From: the human T2T-CHM13v2.0 reference genome, Homo sapiens
DNA length: 64,000 bases
Strand: one strand, 5' to 3'
NCBI RefSeq assembly: GCF_009914755.1
Contig: NC_060930.1
Below the pieces are notes generated by a model that saw only the letters and a program-made list of their open reading frames with translations, searched no databases and was not told the origin of the DNA. Below, in pieces: positions 25,851 to 42,074 of the stretch (the first letter of the stretch is position 1; every line of letters starts with the position of its first letter). The translations under genes and the position numbers were made by a program.

Positions 25851-27489
25851 TGAAAGTAGTAGACACTCAGGAAATATGTATTAGGTCTACTCAATACCTA
25901 TCTTCATAGCTCCTTCCTGCATATAGGATGGGAAAATTTCCACTCCCCATTTCCCTCAGAAACACGCACACAGAAGATTCTGACAAGCTATCCAGCCATA
26001 CTGGTTGGATTGCTTATAATTCTTCTAGCTAGATTGAGTTGCCTAGAAAAGAGGTCATTTCAGTAGTTTTTCCCTTTCCCAAGTGGGATGGAACCCTTAG
26101 TTGAAGAGCCCGTGTCAAAATCAATCTGTAATTTTGGAGGCTGTGGAAAAGCAGCTCCAATCGCCTGCCCTGGACAGTCTGTTCTATTAAACTTTCTGAA
26201 ACATTAATAGCAGATTTGTGAAGTCATGCTAAGAAAGAACAGATCTCAAAAATGGTCTCTTCAGAGGGAATGATTATTCGAAACAACTAATTTGAGGTAA
26301 AGTAGCCCTGAAAATGTTTCGGGTATGGTTGAGAATCTTAAGTAGTCAGCTAAGTAATTTTTTTAAAAAAGCTTTCATTAAACCTGATATTAGGAAGTGA
26401 TTTAAACAAATAAATTGTTAAAGAACGAAATTTCTGTTCATAACAATTGCTTTTAGATCACAGGTCAGATGGAGAAGGTTTTATTTGTTAATGACAGAAC
26501 AGGATCATCCCACACACTTTCTTGAGGGGATTGCGTTATGTATCCAAGAAGATAATTCAAGGTGGATCAAAGTCGTTGAATTTAAAGCAAGTGTTACGCT
26601 TAACAGCAGTTTAAAATACTGAACTAATAGTACTGTGGTCATGTAAGACAATCATTTTGTGATGGCAGTTCTAAAGAGGGCTTGGCTATCCAGTTGGTCA
26701 TAGTGCCTTTAGTGGCTAAAACTTAACATTTAAACAGCTCCATCTTTCTCTCTGGAGTAAATATGAAAATAGTGAAAAGGGATACTTGATGTTGGAATCA
26801 TTTTCAAAGAACAGTCTTAGACATACTTTAGTTATAAACTGTATGCAAAGCCAGTATGGTTTAATTATTTTTTCTTTTTGCCTAAAAATATCAACTAAAG
26901 CTTTTACAAATTTCTCTACTCTCAGATTTTTTATCTATTACGTTAGTATTTCTAATGCTTATGAACATGGGGCCAGCAGTTGTTGCCTGTAATGGGTGCT
27001 CTGAAAATGCTAGTGATGATAGAGGTTTAGAAAAACTTAAGAAAAACCTTCTGCACTAGTTTTTTATTTATGTATTTTTGTTTGTTTATATTTTTATTGG
27101 AGCCTCAAAAAATGACTCAGAACTTATTTTGGATTCTGACCAGTCTGTTTTTTTTTTTTTTTTAAACTAAGAATATTTTCAATTGGTGAGATAAAGGTTG
27201 TAAAGAATAAAATATCTCAGGAGGAAAGGAGGGAATTTGTTCTTCTTGTCATTAGCTTGGTTTTAGGAAGATAATACTTTTCTTTCTAAAAAATCAGATA
27301 TTTTGGAAAAAATATAAAGAAGTAAATAAATGTTGGCAGTAATCTATCCATATTTTGAGCATAGCCTTTAAAAAATATCAAAACCATATACATTATATAT
27401 ACACACATATTGTATATATATGCACACACATTTATACTTTGTATATTTTTAAAAAGTGAAATCACTCATACTTTTTAATATGCTAAGGT

Positions 27490-28140
27490 TTTATATTTAA
27501 TAGTGAAATATTTCAGGTATACAAAAATATACAGAGGAGAGAAGGCACCTACCCATCATCCAGGTGAAATTTAACATTTTGTCATTAGAAAATACTGTAA
27601 AAATACTTTTTAAGAAATAAAATGAGAGTCCAGAAGGTACTGTTGGAGGCTTCTTCCCCCGGCATTCCATGTTTCACCCTCCTCAGAACCAGTAGGATGT
27701 TGTGCAGCCTTCACCTCTGCTTCATACTTTTACTTTCTGTTTGTACTTACAATTATTTATAGCATTGTCTTATGTACGTTTAAGTTTACTTAAATGATTT
27801 CCTAGTTCACATGCTCTTTGCACATTTTGTCATTAAATATATTTTTTGAATTTAATCAGATTAATACTTGTAGCTCTAGCTGATTATTTAAACTGCTGTG
27901 TAGATTACATGGTTATATCATCCATCCCTTATTGATGGGCAACTATTAATAATTCATTTTCAGTTTTTCCTTATTACAAACAATATTGCAGAGGACCTCA
28001 TATCTCCTTACACATGTAAGATTTCCTAAGATTTATATTTTCAAGTAAAATCATAGATTAAGGGCAGCTTTAAACTTAACTAATAATTGCAAATATGAAA
28101 TTTAAAGTGATTGTACCAATTTGTATCTCCATTAACAAGG
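27490..28140 (-). mobile_element. Old L1 (L1ME-like) 3' end
   Basis: gaaatatttcaggtatacaaaaa...attgatgggc...ttattacaaacaatattgca...gtgattgtaccaatttg. Confidence 0.7.
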
Positions 28141-28759
28141 ATCAGTTTTTTTTGTAACTTAGTCCATTTTTGCTTTCTATATTTTAAACTCATGTTGTTG
28201 GATAAACAGATTTAAGATTACTTTATTTTAATGGCAAATTGTTCATTTTGCCATGATGTAAAAATCCTTTTCATCCTTAATAATGTTTTTCCCCCTCTTT
28301 GGAGTCTATTTTATATGTTAATGTTGTTATACAAGCTTTCTTTTGGCTAGTATTTGCCTTTTTCCATTCTTTTACTTTGTGTCATTTATGTTTTAAATTT
28401 GTGGTTTTTTTTGAAATCCAATCTGAAAATTTCTGGCTTTTATCTGGTAAATTTAGTATGTGTGGTTTTATTATGATTACTGAGGCATTTGGATTTATTT
28501 CCACCATCCTATTTTGTTTGTCTTTTCACCAGGCTTTTTATATGTTTATTTATTGCATTGATTACCCTTTCATAGGTTTTCATTTTTTTCCTTCTGTTGC
28601 TTTGGAAGGTATACATTTTTATAATAATCATATCCTTTGCAATAATAATAATTTCATAATAATAATTATTTTAAAATATAGTAATATTTTTATTTTAGTG
28701 GGTAGCTCTAGATTTTTACATGAATTATTTTTCTTTATAAACGTTTCTTTTTTCTCTCT

Positions 28760-29585
28760 CAACTTTTATTTTAGGTTCGGGGGTACATTTGTAGGTTTGT
28801 TACATGGGTAAATTCCATGTTGCTAAGGTTTGGTGTACAAATGATTCTATCACCCAGGTAGTGATATAGTACCTGATAGGTAGTTTTCCAACCCGTGTTT
28901 CCCTCCCACCCTTCTCCATCAAGTAGTCCCCGGTGCCTGTTGTTCCCATATTTGTGTCCATGTGTATTCAATGTTTAGCTCCTGCTTAGAAGTAGGAACA
29001 TGTGGTTGGTTTTCGATTCCTGTGTAGTTCTCTCAGGTTAATGGCCTCCAGCTGCATCCATGTTATTGCAAAGGACATTATTTAATTTTTGTATGGCTGC
29101 ATAGTATTCCACAGTGTATATGTACCACATTTTCTTTATCCAGTCTACCACTGATGGGCAACTAGGTTGATTCCATGTCTTTGCTATTGTGAATAGTGCT
29201 GTAATGAACATACCAGTGCATGTGGGTTTTTTTTTTGATACAATGATTTCTTTTCCTTTGGGTATACACTCAGTAGAATATACTCAGTATACTCAGATTG
29301 CTGGGTTGAATGGTAGTTCTAAGTTATTTGAGGAATCTCCACGCTGCTTTCCACAGTGGCTGAACTAATTTACACTACCACCAGTAGTGTATAACTGTTC
29401 CCTTTATTCCACAACCTCACCAACATCTGTTGTTTTAAGACTTTTTAGTAATGGCCATTCTGACTGGTGTGAGATGGTATCTCATTGTGGTTTTGATTCG
29501 AATTTCTGTAATGATTAGTGATGATGAGCATTTTTTCATGTATATATTTGTTGACTTCATGTGTGTCTTCTTCTGAGAACTGTCA
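28760..29585 (-). mobile_element. L1PA15/16-like 3' end
   Basis: aacttttattttaggttcgggggtaca...tcacccaggtagtga...agtacctgataggtagtttt...gagatggtatctcattgtgg. Confidence 0.9.
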
Positions 29586-30469
29586 CCATCTAATGATATT
29601 ATAATATTTTTATAGTAAATTCTTATTGCTATTTAGTGATTAGTTTACCATTTTCTTAGTTCCCAATTGCCTCTCATATCTCATTTTTTTCATTGTCCAA
29701 TTTCCTTCTACTAAAGTCTATCCTTTAGTAGTTATTTCATAGTAGTTATTTCATTGATGATCCATGAGTGTAAACACAATCTTAGTTTGTCTGAAAATAT
29801 ATTTATTTTTTTCTCCGACTTCAATGATAGTTTAGCTAGTTATGCAGGTATTGTTAATGGTTCCTTTTTCTCAACACCCTGAAGTTCCCACTCCCTTTAA
29901 CTTCTGACTCTACAATTTCTTATAGAAAGTCTATACTTACTCACATTATTGTTCCTTTGTATTTAACCTTTTTTTGGTTGTTTTCAAGATTTTCTGTTTT
30001 TCTTGTGTAATGTTTTACTTCATTGTAAGTAAGTATGCATTTAAAAAAATTCTTCAGAACTTAGTATATTTCTTCAACCTGCTAATTCATGTTTTCCATC
30101 AGCTGTGGAAGTTTTCAACCACTATGTCTTTGAATTGCCTGTTTCCCATCCTTTCTACTGATTCCTTCAGGAATTCTTAATAGACCAATTTGGACTTTTT
30201 GATTTTAGCTACTGTGTTTTCTAATTCTTTATTCATGGCGTTTTCCTCAGAAGCATCTTTGTACACCACTTTTATCCCTAGCAGTGACTCATCTGTAGCT
30301 CAATCCAGCCATTGAGCTTTTAATTTATTATTATATTTTTATTCGACAAATTTTGTTTAAAAACACCATTTCTTTTTTCATAGTATACTATTTTCTACTT
30401 ATGTTTTCTATTTTTATTTCTTCTTTTATTTATTCCCTATTTATATTCAAATTTATTTATTATTATTAT

Positions 30470-31183
30470 TATTTATTTTTCCATAAGTTATTGGTGTACA
30501 GGTGGTATTTGATTACATAAGTAAGTTCTTTATAGTGGTGATTTGTGAGATTTTGGTGCACCCACCACCCAAGCAATATACACTGCACCATATTTGTAGT
30601 GTTTTGTCCCTCGCCCCCCTCCTACTCTTCCCCTTAAGTCCCCAGAGTCCATTGTATCATTCTTATGCCTTTGCATCTTCATAGCTTAGCTCCCACATAT
30701 CAGTGAGAACATACAATGTTTGGTTTTGCATTCCTGAGTTACATCACTTAGAATAATAGTTTCCAATCTCATCCAGGTCATCGCAAATGCTGTTAATGCA
30801 TTCCTTTTTATGGCTGCATAGTATTCCATCATATATATATACATACACACACATATATATGTATATGTACAGATATACATATATATATATACACACACAC
30901 ACACACCACAGTTTCTTTATCCACTCGTTGATTGATGGGCATTTGGGTTGGTTCCACGATTTTGCAGTTGTGAATTGTGCTGCTGTAAACATGCATGTGC
31001 AAGTATATTTTTCGAATAATGACTTCTTTTCCTCTGGGTAGATACCCACTAGTGGGATTGCTGGATCAAATGATAGTTCTACTTTTAGTTCTTGAAGGAA
31101 TCCCTACACTGCTTTCCATAGTGGCTGTACTAGTTTACATTCCCACCAGCAGTGTAGAATTGTTCCCTGTTCACCACATCCAC
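30470..31183 (-). mobile_element. L1PB1-like 3' end with internal (TA)n/(CA)n tract (30830-30905)
   Basis: ccataagttattggtgtacaggtggtatttg...agcttagctcccacatatcagtgagaacatac; ORF 30744..31049 resembles the L1 ORF2 C-terminus. Confidence 0.9.
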
Positions 31184-32039
31184 AGCTCTCTTTTTAGTCA
31201 CTTTCCTATTTTTTTAATTATCTCCAGTTCTTGGGGTTATGAGTCCTACTGTTTGGAGAATCTCCTGACTCTGTCATAGTGACAGTTTAGCTCCTATGAT
31301 TTTTTTTTTTTTTAATTGTGAGCTTATCTTTAACTGGCACTGTTTTCATATGTAAGCCCTGAGTTACAGTTGTTTCAATGGACATGTTTATTTCTGCTGG
31401 GTTTTGAGGGGTTTCATTAGTCCAAGATTAGTTTTCTTCACTATAATTTTGTGACCTAAGGTTTTTGTACTTCATGGAGAGTTTAACTTGGGTTCTGCCT
31501 AGCCACACACTTGGAGCTTTAGGCAAAGATAAGCTTCCTTATTGTTTCACTGAGCCAGTGACTGAAGTTTTCTTGCCTCTTTTTGACATAATTGACTGTC
31601 CGGGGCACAGACTCTATTCTAGGGTTCCAAGTCCAACCCCCTGCTTTGTGTTCCTTTTCATCACACCACCTGAACCCACACAGTTGTTACAGAAGCAGAC
31701 AAACAAATAAATAAACAAAATTTAGTCATTAAGTGATGGACCTTACATCTAGGTCTGAAATTTCCATGAGATGCCTTGACATCAGCTGAAATTTTTCATT
31801 CTGACTTTGGGTACCTCTTCATTTCTGGAAATAAATGGGGAGTGGGGATGTCTCTTTTCTTCATCAGAGCTCAGCTATGCATTAACCTTTTTTGTTTTTA
31901 TAGTTTATTCAGCAATTCTGTGTCTTTCTAGCAAGGAGGTCCATCTTACCTCAGAGTGCCACCTCACTGTATTCAGGTGTCATGTTGATTAATATCTTGC
32001 CTTTTCACTTCTTATATGGAAGGCATCTTTTCACAGCAG

Positions 32040-32830
32040 TAAATTATTATTTTTATTAGCCTCATAGTATTCCATTGTTCAGCTAGACCATAAATTATTA
32101 GACTAATCCCTATTACAGATAATTTAGATCCCTTCCTTTCTTCCTTCCTCCCTCCCCCTGCTTGCTTGCTTGCTTCTTTCTTTCTTTTTCTTTCTTTCTC
32201 TTTCTTTCTTTCTCTCTTTCCTTCCTTCCTTCCTTCCTTCCTTCTTTCTTTTTCTTGCTTTCTTTTTCTCTCTCTTCCTTTCTCTCTTTCTTTTTTCTTT
32301 ACTTTTTTGTCTTTTCTTTTGTCTTTTTCACTGTATTAAACAGTGCTGCAACCAGGTATCCTTGTACATATATTTTTGTATACCTGTCAAATAATTTTGT
32401 ATATTTAATGCCTTCATTGGGTCTATGGTTATATGCATTTTTAAAAATTAAGTATTGCAAGATTGTTTTCCTGAAGGTTTGTACCCATTGTACTTCCACT
32501 TCACACTTTTTCCATACTTTGCCATTAGTAGGTCTTTTCAGTTGTTTTAAATGTGTAAATTTGATAGGTAAAAACAGTGGTCTCTCACTTATTTACTTAG
32601 TATTTCTTCTTTAATGTTTGTGTGTGTGTGTTTGTGAGCTTTTTTCAGTTTTTCTCTTTTGTAAATTGCCTGTTTATGTCCTATTTTTCCATTTTTCTTA
32701 AACCATTGATTTCTAAGAACTCTTTATATGGTAGGGACAGTGTACCTTTGTCTGACATGCAGTTTCTTTCTGTTTGCTGTTTGTGCCCTAATGTTGACTA
32801 TCGTGGCTTTGCCTTACAGGAGTTTAAAAT
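32040..32830 (-). mobile_element. Old L1 (L1ME-like), split by a microsatellite
   Basis: catagtattccattg...accataaatt; ctgtattaaacagtgctgcaa...ttgtaaattgcctgtttatgtcc. Confidence 0.6.
32131..32328. repeat. Polypyrimidine (CTTT/CCTT/GCTT)n compound microsatellite
   Basis: About 200 bp that is almost entirely C/T. Confidence 0.95.
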
Positions 32831-34457
32831 TTTGTATCTTCATAGCTGCCTTTCTTAAAAAAAAAAAACCTTAAGGCTTTTGGTTTTATTACTATGACTA
32901 CAAAACTCAAAAGAATGAATTTCTGAATTGCTTTTATGGGAGAAATATCACAATTTGCCATAAGAATAGTTCATATAATAAACAAACAGAGTATTATGGA
33001 AAAAAGACATAAAAATGATGAAATGGTGAAAACTTTAAAGTGAAACACAACAAACAATTTCCAAGAAATAAAAACTGAAACACTGTGTCTGCAGGAGAGA
33101 CAACGCTGTTCATGGAAAATGGGAATCAGTTGAGCAAAAAATACAAAAGGTTGACACTCAGTAGATCTAAATTAAAAACCACAATCAGTTTATCTATTTT
33201 TATTACTAACTGGATAAGACCCACAAAGGAACCTTTTATTATGCTTATGAGAATTACTTGGGGTCTCCATCTCAAGATTCCATAATTTGTCTTCTCTTCC
33301 AGAACTTGACTCTATCAATTATTCCTGTCTTTCTATACCTTTGATATTTCCCTTTCCTTTTGGTTTCCATTCTTCAGCATATATCATAGCCAAGACTTTT
33401 CTTTCTTGCTGTCTACCTATGGAATATACTGCAGACACAAAAGAAGAATATAATGTGTGCAGTTTAAACAACTCATAACAAACTCAAGGAATTTCTATAA
33501 ATCCTTGGTTTTCAACTTATCTACTTTTACAGAAAGTTGATATACAAAGTTTATTTAAAGTATGTATGTTAGATAAAGTGAAATATCCCTAACCTCTATT
33601 AGAAGTTTTATTTATAAATATCCCTATCCTCTATTAGAAATTATATCATGAATAACTTCTTGTCATTGTAAAAATGTAGCCTCTTTATGTTATCTACATG
33701 TATGCAAGAGTCCATCTCCATCTCTTTTCTTTATGCCCCCATATCACTTTTAACTGCAATTTCTGCATCTTGCCTCCAGTTACCACTCTCCATCCTCCAA
33801 ATCCTCAGTGGCATAATTTCATATTGTTTCCATCCCTGGCTGTCCTGCTTCTTTCTTTATATCTCTAAGTGCAGAAACACCAGGTAAAACCACTTGTTTT
33901 AGCAGGGAAAAGCATTTGGATAGTAGATGGTCCCTTCCATTCTGAGGGACACCTGTCATTTGACTACATTAATGATCACTAATTACTAAATTGAACTCTT
34001 TTGATAAATGTAGCAAGATATTCATAAGAAGCCATTTTATAATTAATTTTGATTACAGTAGATCACAGATTTTCTTTTCAGATGTTCAGACAGAATCTAT
34101 GACCATAGAAGATAGCACTTTCATACCAAGTAGATTTTAGATACTGTAATAATGAATTCTTCTTAATTATTATTATTTCGATAAACGGTATCCAGAATTA
34201 GTTCTTTTTTAACTTTGAGGTATTTTTAACCTGCTGATTCACAATGGTGATTATTTATATAATCAGAACATTATTAGAAGAGGCAGATTATATGCTAAAA
34301 ATGATAGAATTTTGAATGAAAAATTTATATTTGATAACATGTATTTTTACAGTGAAAAAAGCCTGGATCATCTATAGTTTTTGAGTAAATCCTTCTTATT
34401 TCAGGAACTTTGTTTTCATTTTGCTATTTTTTTTTCAACATGACTTACAGCATTTTT

Positions 34458-36215
<1,758 letters not shown>

Positions 36216-36979
36216 TCATTTTCAGAAACTTTTAAGAATTGCTCTTATCACTTAAATTCGACTACTGCAGCAGTTTCATTTTGGTCTCTTCTTACAGTTC
36301 ACTTTCCATTAGTTGACTTTGCATCATGGTAGGAGAATCATTCTAACTGAGAATGAGGAATCATGCATTTTCATATTCCTGGGAACTCTCACTTTCCTCT
36401 GGGAACTGGGTTGCTCAGTGCTCCTGGAGAAAATCGTGCAATTTAGTGGGTTATTGTCATTACACAGTCATGGTTTCCAGCTCCTATGTGCTTTCAGCAC
36501 TGCTCAGCAGCCCTCTTGTGCACACCTGGTGTGTCCTCTCCCTATGCTGGTTCTCATTGCCCTCCCCAGGCTTCCTGACCCACTGCTAGCTTGCGGTAGA
36601 TGGGCTGCTTCCTAATCCAGATGATAGACACTGCACATGCTTAACACTTCACTGGCAGGTTGCTTCTTCATGTCTTGAGTGGACACATATGACCCTGCCC
36701 ATGTTTGACTAGGTTTTGACTTGCAAAACCAGCAATTTCATCTACTTCAGACTAATGCAAGCTTATCCTCACCCTCTATCATTCCCTGGCTTCTGGGAAT
36801 AGATGATCCTCTTCTCCAAAGTTAATGCATTCTTTAGGAAGGAGCTCATACATCATTTCTCCTCCAGGATTTGTCTCCATCAGATCCTTGTCTTTTCATA
36901 TATTCAATATCTAACTTTTCCTCTTGGCTCCTTTCCGTTTACATATATAGCCGAGTTTTTTTCTGTCTAATTTCTATTT

Positions 36980-37355
36980 GATTTTTAAAAATATATAGAA
37001 TATACTACATGCACAAAGGAGAAATATAAAATATATGTGCAGCTTAAAGAGTAATACTTAGAAAAACACTATCCAGCTTAAGACTAGACCCTTTTAAATA
37101 TATCTGTAGCCCTTGTGTGCTCTGATCCCTCCTCCCACATTCCCCTAAACAATATCTTGGATTTTATGTTGATTCCCCCTTGCATTTCTTTATAGTTTAG
37201 TCACGTGTATGCATCCCTTAAAAACCTTGTTTAGTCTCACATATTTTTAAATATAAATGAAATCTAAATATATATAGTCTTCTGAAACTAGCTCTTCCAC
37301 TCTCTGTTGTGTTTGTGAGATTAATCTATGTTATGTTAATACATGTGACAGTAGT
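36980..37355 (-). mobile_element. Old L1 (L1ME-like) 3' end
   Basis: atatgtgcagcttaaagagtaat...tatcttggattttatgttgattcccccttgcatttctttatagttt. Confidence 0.6.
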
Positions 37356-38754
37356 TTTCTCTTATCCGGTTCCCATTTTCCAGGTGCATTGCTGTAGACT
37401 CTATACCTGATAAATAATGTCCTGAATTGCAAATGAAAGAACTTTACTTCTCAGTCTTACAGCCTGGAAATAGTTTGGTTTGACTTTGTCAGCCTTGTCA
37501 GAAGCAGTTCTTCTGTCTTAAACAGAAGCCCAGTCCTCTCTCCTTAATTTGTACCCATCTCTAACTAATGCTCTCTTTTCCTTTAAGACTCAAATCTTAG
37601 CAAGAGTAGTTCATACTCACTGTCTTTATGTCTTAGCCTCCCATCTGGGCCTTGTTTGATCTCTTGATGGCTGATCTCTCCACGTTTTTTAAACTTTCTC
37701 CTTTCGTTTCCTGAACAAAGCTCATGACAGGCTATTTTTTCCTCTCTGCTAAATGTTAAATGTAAACCTTAAAGAGTTTATAATCTAGTTTTCTTGGTTT
37801 TGAGCGCATTGTACCTGATTTTAGTGTAGTTTTCCTTTTATTTTCATACGGGGAGAGTGAAGCCTCCATTACATAATGTGAAAGGCGCTTGGAATTATAA
37901 TTGTATTCTGGAAGTCTTGTGGTGCTGTATTAAGCCTATGTGAATGAGGGGGTGAGGGGAGGCAGAGAAGCTTGACTCTGCATCTGAAAATGCTTAAATG
38001 TATTTTAAGTACCATCTGAAATACAGTGACAGAAGCAAAATTAATTGGATGAAATCTAACCTAATGTTTTATTTAGGGATTTGGTTCATCTTGGAATGTG
38101 GTTTGGGCATCAAGATTGTGAAATATCACACTTGCATGACAACAGGGTTAGTAGTTTCTTCTCATTTGCACAAGGAGCTTGCTACAGTAGGATTGTTAAT
38201 GGTCGGGAGGTATATTTTGTCTGCATTTACAGACTTTAGCAAGGAGATGATTTAAATAACCATCTAGATAATTCAAAACCAAAACCTTTGTTGCCTCAAT
38301 TAGCACTCTTTGGAGGAATTATCTCAATAATCATTTACTCATGTACTTTTACACAGGTGTGTCCACGGAGATACTTGATTTGGTCAATATCATAAATGCT
38401 TACTATGTTTAAAACACTGACAGGTGCTGCAAGACATGTAGAGATGAGTAAGAGCCAAGAAGCTCCGAGGTGCCTCTAATGTGAAGGGGAAAAAACTAAG
38501 CAGACAAATGATTTATATTGCAAATCAGACTACAAATAACATTTTAGAAACAGAAAAGTTATATAAAGGGTCATAGGAAGGGAGCCTGACTCTCACAAAC
38601 TTTGAAATTTATTCTCCTTAGAAGTAGATTTAAGAGGCTACATCTCAGACCTGATCTCTGAATTTTACGTCTGCTATCCTTTTTATTTTTATGTAACAAG
38701 TATATTGATGTATTATTTACATATCATCTATATGGTTATATTTGTAGTAAATGC

Positions 38755-39560
38755 CATTCATTCATCAAACCTATTTTGAGCACTTACTATGCTCCACCTG
38801 CAAAATGTGGGGCATGCAAAGGTTGGTAAAGCACGGTCAAGGAGTTTGGAGCAGTCTGGAGGCAGATATGGAAACAGTATTCCCAGGATAGTAATAAAAG
38901 TGCCCCGTAGTGCACAATACTGTAGTGGCCCAAAGGAAGGAGTTATGAAACCTGATGGATTGGGCAGAGCAGACTGTAGAGGCTTCGAAACCCAATGAGG
39001 GTCTTGAAGGATGGATAGGAATTTACCAGAAGGATCAGGAGGGAGCATTCTGGGTTTTCTGCCCAGGTAGGCACTTTCCCAGATATTTTCCTCCAACTAC
39101 ACTTGAGGCCAGAGAAAGTCTATGATAAACCTCTTCCCAGACCCTCTGAGTATTTGAGACACTGCTTTTGTCTCTAGCCTCCATCCTCTGACCCTGACCT
39201 GTTCCTTATCTACTTTCCAAAATCTCTGGATGGCCCCAGAGGCCTGAATGGATTTGGCATGTGTTGCATCTTAGACAGGGTTGGGGAATCAGATATAGAC
39301 AAAGAAAGGAGCATTTGAAAGGTCAAGGGAACAAAGAGGACATGAGACATGTGGGGTGGGCATGAGGAAATATCTGTGGCTTGAGTGTGGGTAGTAGGGT
39401 GCTTATGGAGAAGAGGTAGGAAATGGAGTTGACCAGAAAAGCAGGGTCCAGATTCTGAAAGACCATGTGTTTTGTGGAGGGGTTTGGGTATTATGATGTG
39501 GGTCACAGAGAAGTTTGACAGGCTTTCAAGTAGTAGAATGATATGAAAAGACCTGTGTAG
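38755..39560 (-). mobile_element. L2 fragments
   Basis: cattcattcatcaaacctattttgagcacttactatg; gagggtcttgaaggatggataggaattt. Confidence 0.6.
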
Positions 39561-39594
39561 TATATGCATACTGTTTTTCTAGTTTGGTTGTTTC

Positions 39595-40040
39595 TGCATT
39601 GACACCATTGATGAGGGTGCCACTCAGATCTCCCTTTAGGGGAGACCTGCCATAGGAGTAGTTGGCCAACAGCCTGTAGGTGCCACATCTGATCCACTGC
39701 AGCATTCACACAGGACCACCACCCCCTCCCTGACCCTGGGATATTCCCAGACAGTGACTGAGCATGGTGAGATATGAACGCCAGGCCAGCTCTGTCTCAC
39801 ATGGCACTCCTCTAATGGGCAGTCCTTGTTTGATACTTTCTCAGAGCCACATGCATCTGAATCTCCTCCTACTCATTCCTGCTTTCTTTCCTTCCTTTCG
39901 TTGCTTCCAAGGCTTCATGGTGGTCTAAGGTTTTCTCTACCTTTTCCTGCACCCTCTTTTCTTTATCTGTCACAGGTGTTTTCCCCAATAATCATTTCTA
40001 ATTCTCTTGACATCTGCTTCCCATTGGACATGAACTGACC
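39595..40040 (+). mobile_element. ERVL-class LTR (LTR16-like)
   Basis: gggtgccactcagatctcccttta...cagtgactgagcatggtg...cacaggtgttttccccaataa...catctgcttc...gaactgac. Confidence 0.65.
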
Positions 40041-41614
40041 CATGATACCTCAAAGCCTATTTTTAAATTTCATTATTTATCTTTAAGTGGTTATTTATGT
40101 TTTACCCTTTGAATGAGCATGCCTCCCTTTATATGAAATAAACTTTATAAAATGAAGTCAGAAATAATCTCAAATACCTGGTCTCAGGACAGATTGGACC
40201 TCTGGGCCATGCCAGGCTGCTCTACACAAGTTTGTCTCTGCAACTATGTGGGATCTGACAGGCTTCCAGGGACCAGTGAGGAGGTGCCAGCCTTTGCTTA
40301 ATTCTGCTTAGTGATCTATTTCCCACATTCTATCTGTGACAGAATTGGCTCCAATTCAAAGATTTGATGGACAGGTAATGCTTCAGATAGATAGGATTTT
40401 TTTTCCTGACTGTCATTCTTATAATACAAAGTATTTTGATGTCTCATGACTAGCAGGTGGTTAGACAAAAGAAGAGGATAATTCGGTGTCTTAAAAGCCA
40501 GTGACCTAGAATTTGGGAGGCCAGCATTAATTATAGTGAATCTCAGTATGATTTTTGAGGCAGTTATTCTCTATGGAATAATATGGCCTTATGTATGAAA
40601 GGCACTTCCTTTCTGTCTCTCAGTTTTTTTTTTTTAATGAAAACTCACTGTTTAAGTAAAAACAATGAATCACGTTCTTGAAGTATGTTGCAATCTTTAA
40701 ATATCAGAAAAGTATGAGAAGTTAATTTTTAGTTTTTAGAAGATCTATGGTATTTATTGCAGTTTGTATGACTCTAACAGCAAAATTGCACACTACTCTA
40801 ACAGCAACATTGCACACTACATTTCTTTAAAATAAAATGCTGGATTGAATATCATATATTTTGAAACTAAAGTGAATGTGTTTAAGTTATGGAATTGAGC
40901 CTTAACTTATCTCCTAGGTAGACTTTTGGGTGTTCCTGTGATCAGAGTTTCTTTGTGAGTTTTCTGTGAGTGGGAATTCCCTGTGTGGTCTGGCTGATTT
41001 AGGAAGGGGCTGAAGACCAACCTCATCGCTTTGGCTTCACTGCTTTGCTCTCATCTTACATATTAGAAACTCTTCAGTAAGAGACAACTAAAGGGCCAAT
41101 GAAATTCAGATGGACTCAAAATCTCTGGAGTGATACAAGAGCTTTTAACATTAACTTTTTCATTTTTAAATGAAATGTCTAAATCCAGATGATTTCATGG
41201 TAATTGTGGGCATTTTCTAGACAGTTTTTATTTTAAGGGAATATATAGCAGTTGCTTAAATGGAAAAAGAACCATGTAAAGAAAAACCTCATATTTCTCT
41301 GAAATTGTCCAGTAGTGCTACAAGTCTTTTTGGTGAAAAGATTTCATATGGTATCATAATTTTGTAGTATTTAGAACCCATGTACAAAAATGAGTCATTG
41401 CTCCTGTTGAGTGTGGCAGATCCGTTGTTTCAACAAAGCTAAGTGATAATCAGAAAACATGACAAGAATTAGCACTTCAAAAGCCCAAGTGAAATGTTAA
41501 TGAACTTATGTTTTAATTCTGATAAGATTGGATTTAGGGGCATGACCTTCTTTATTTAATTAAGAATAAGTTGTCAGTGTTATCATAGCTCTAGGAAAGC
41601 CACAGTAGACTCTA

Positions 41615-41977
<363 letters not shown>

Positions 41978-42074
41978 TTACATTGACGCTTGAGATTTGT
42001 TTTAAACCAGTAGTTGACTGTGTTGGGATGAATGTCTTAGCTTATGGGGTGCTAAGACAAATAAATGCCATTTT

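Larger units (their letters stand above)
28145..31500 (-). mobile_element. Old L1M/L1ME 5' body (ORF1/ORF2 start), interrupted by two younger L1s
   Basis: agctttcttttggctagtatttgcc (antisense ORF2 start) and gtctgaaaatatatttattt...gatagtttagct (antisense ORF1 region); highly degenerate. Confidence 0.55.

Noticed and set aside
32162-32614. 150-aa hydrophobic F/L/S-rich ORF (also 28299..28811 and 59081..59278)
   Set aside because: Produced by polypyrimidine or T-rich antisense L1 sequence lacking stop codons; not a membrane protein
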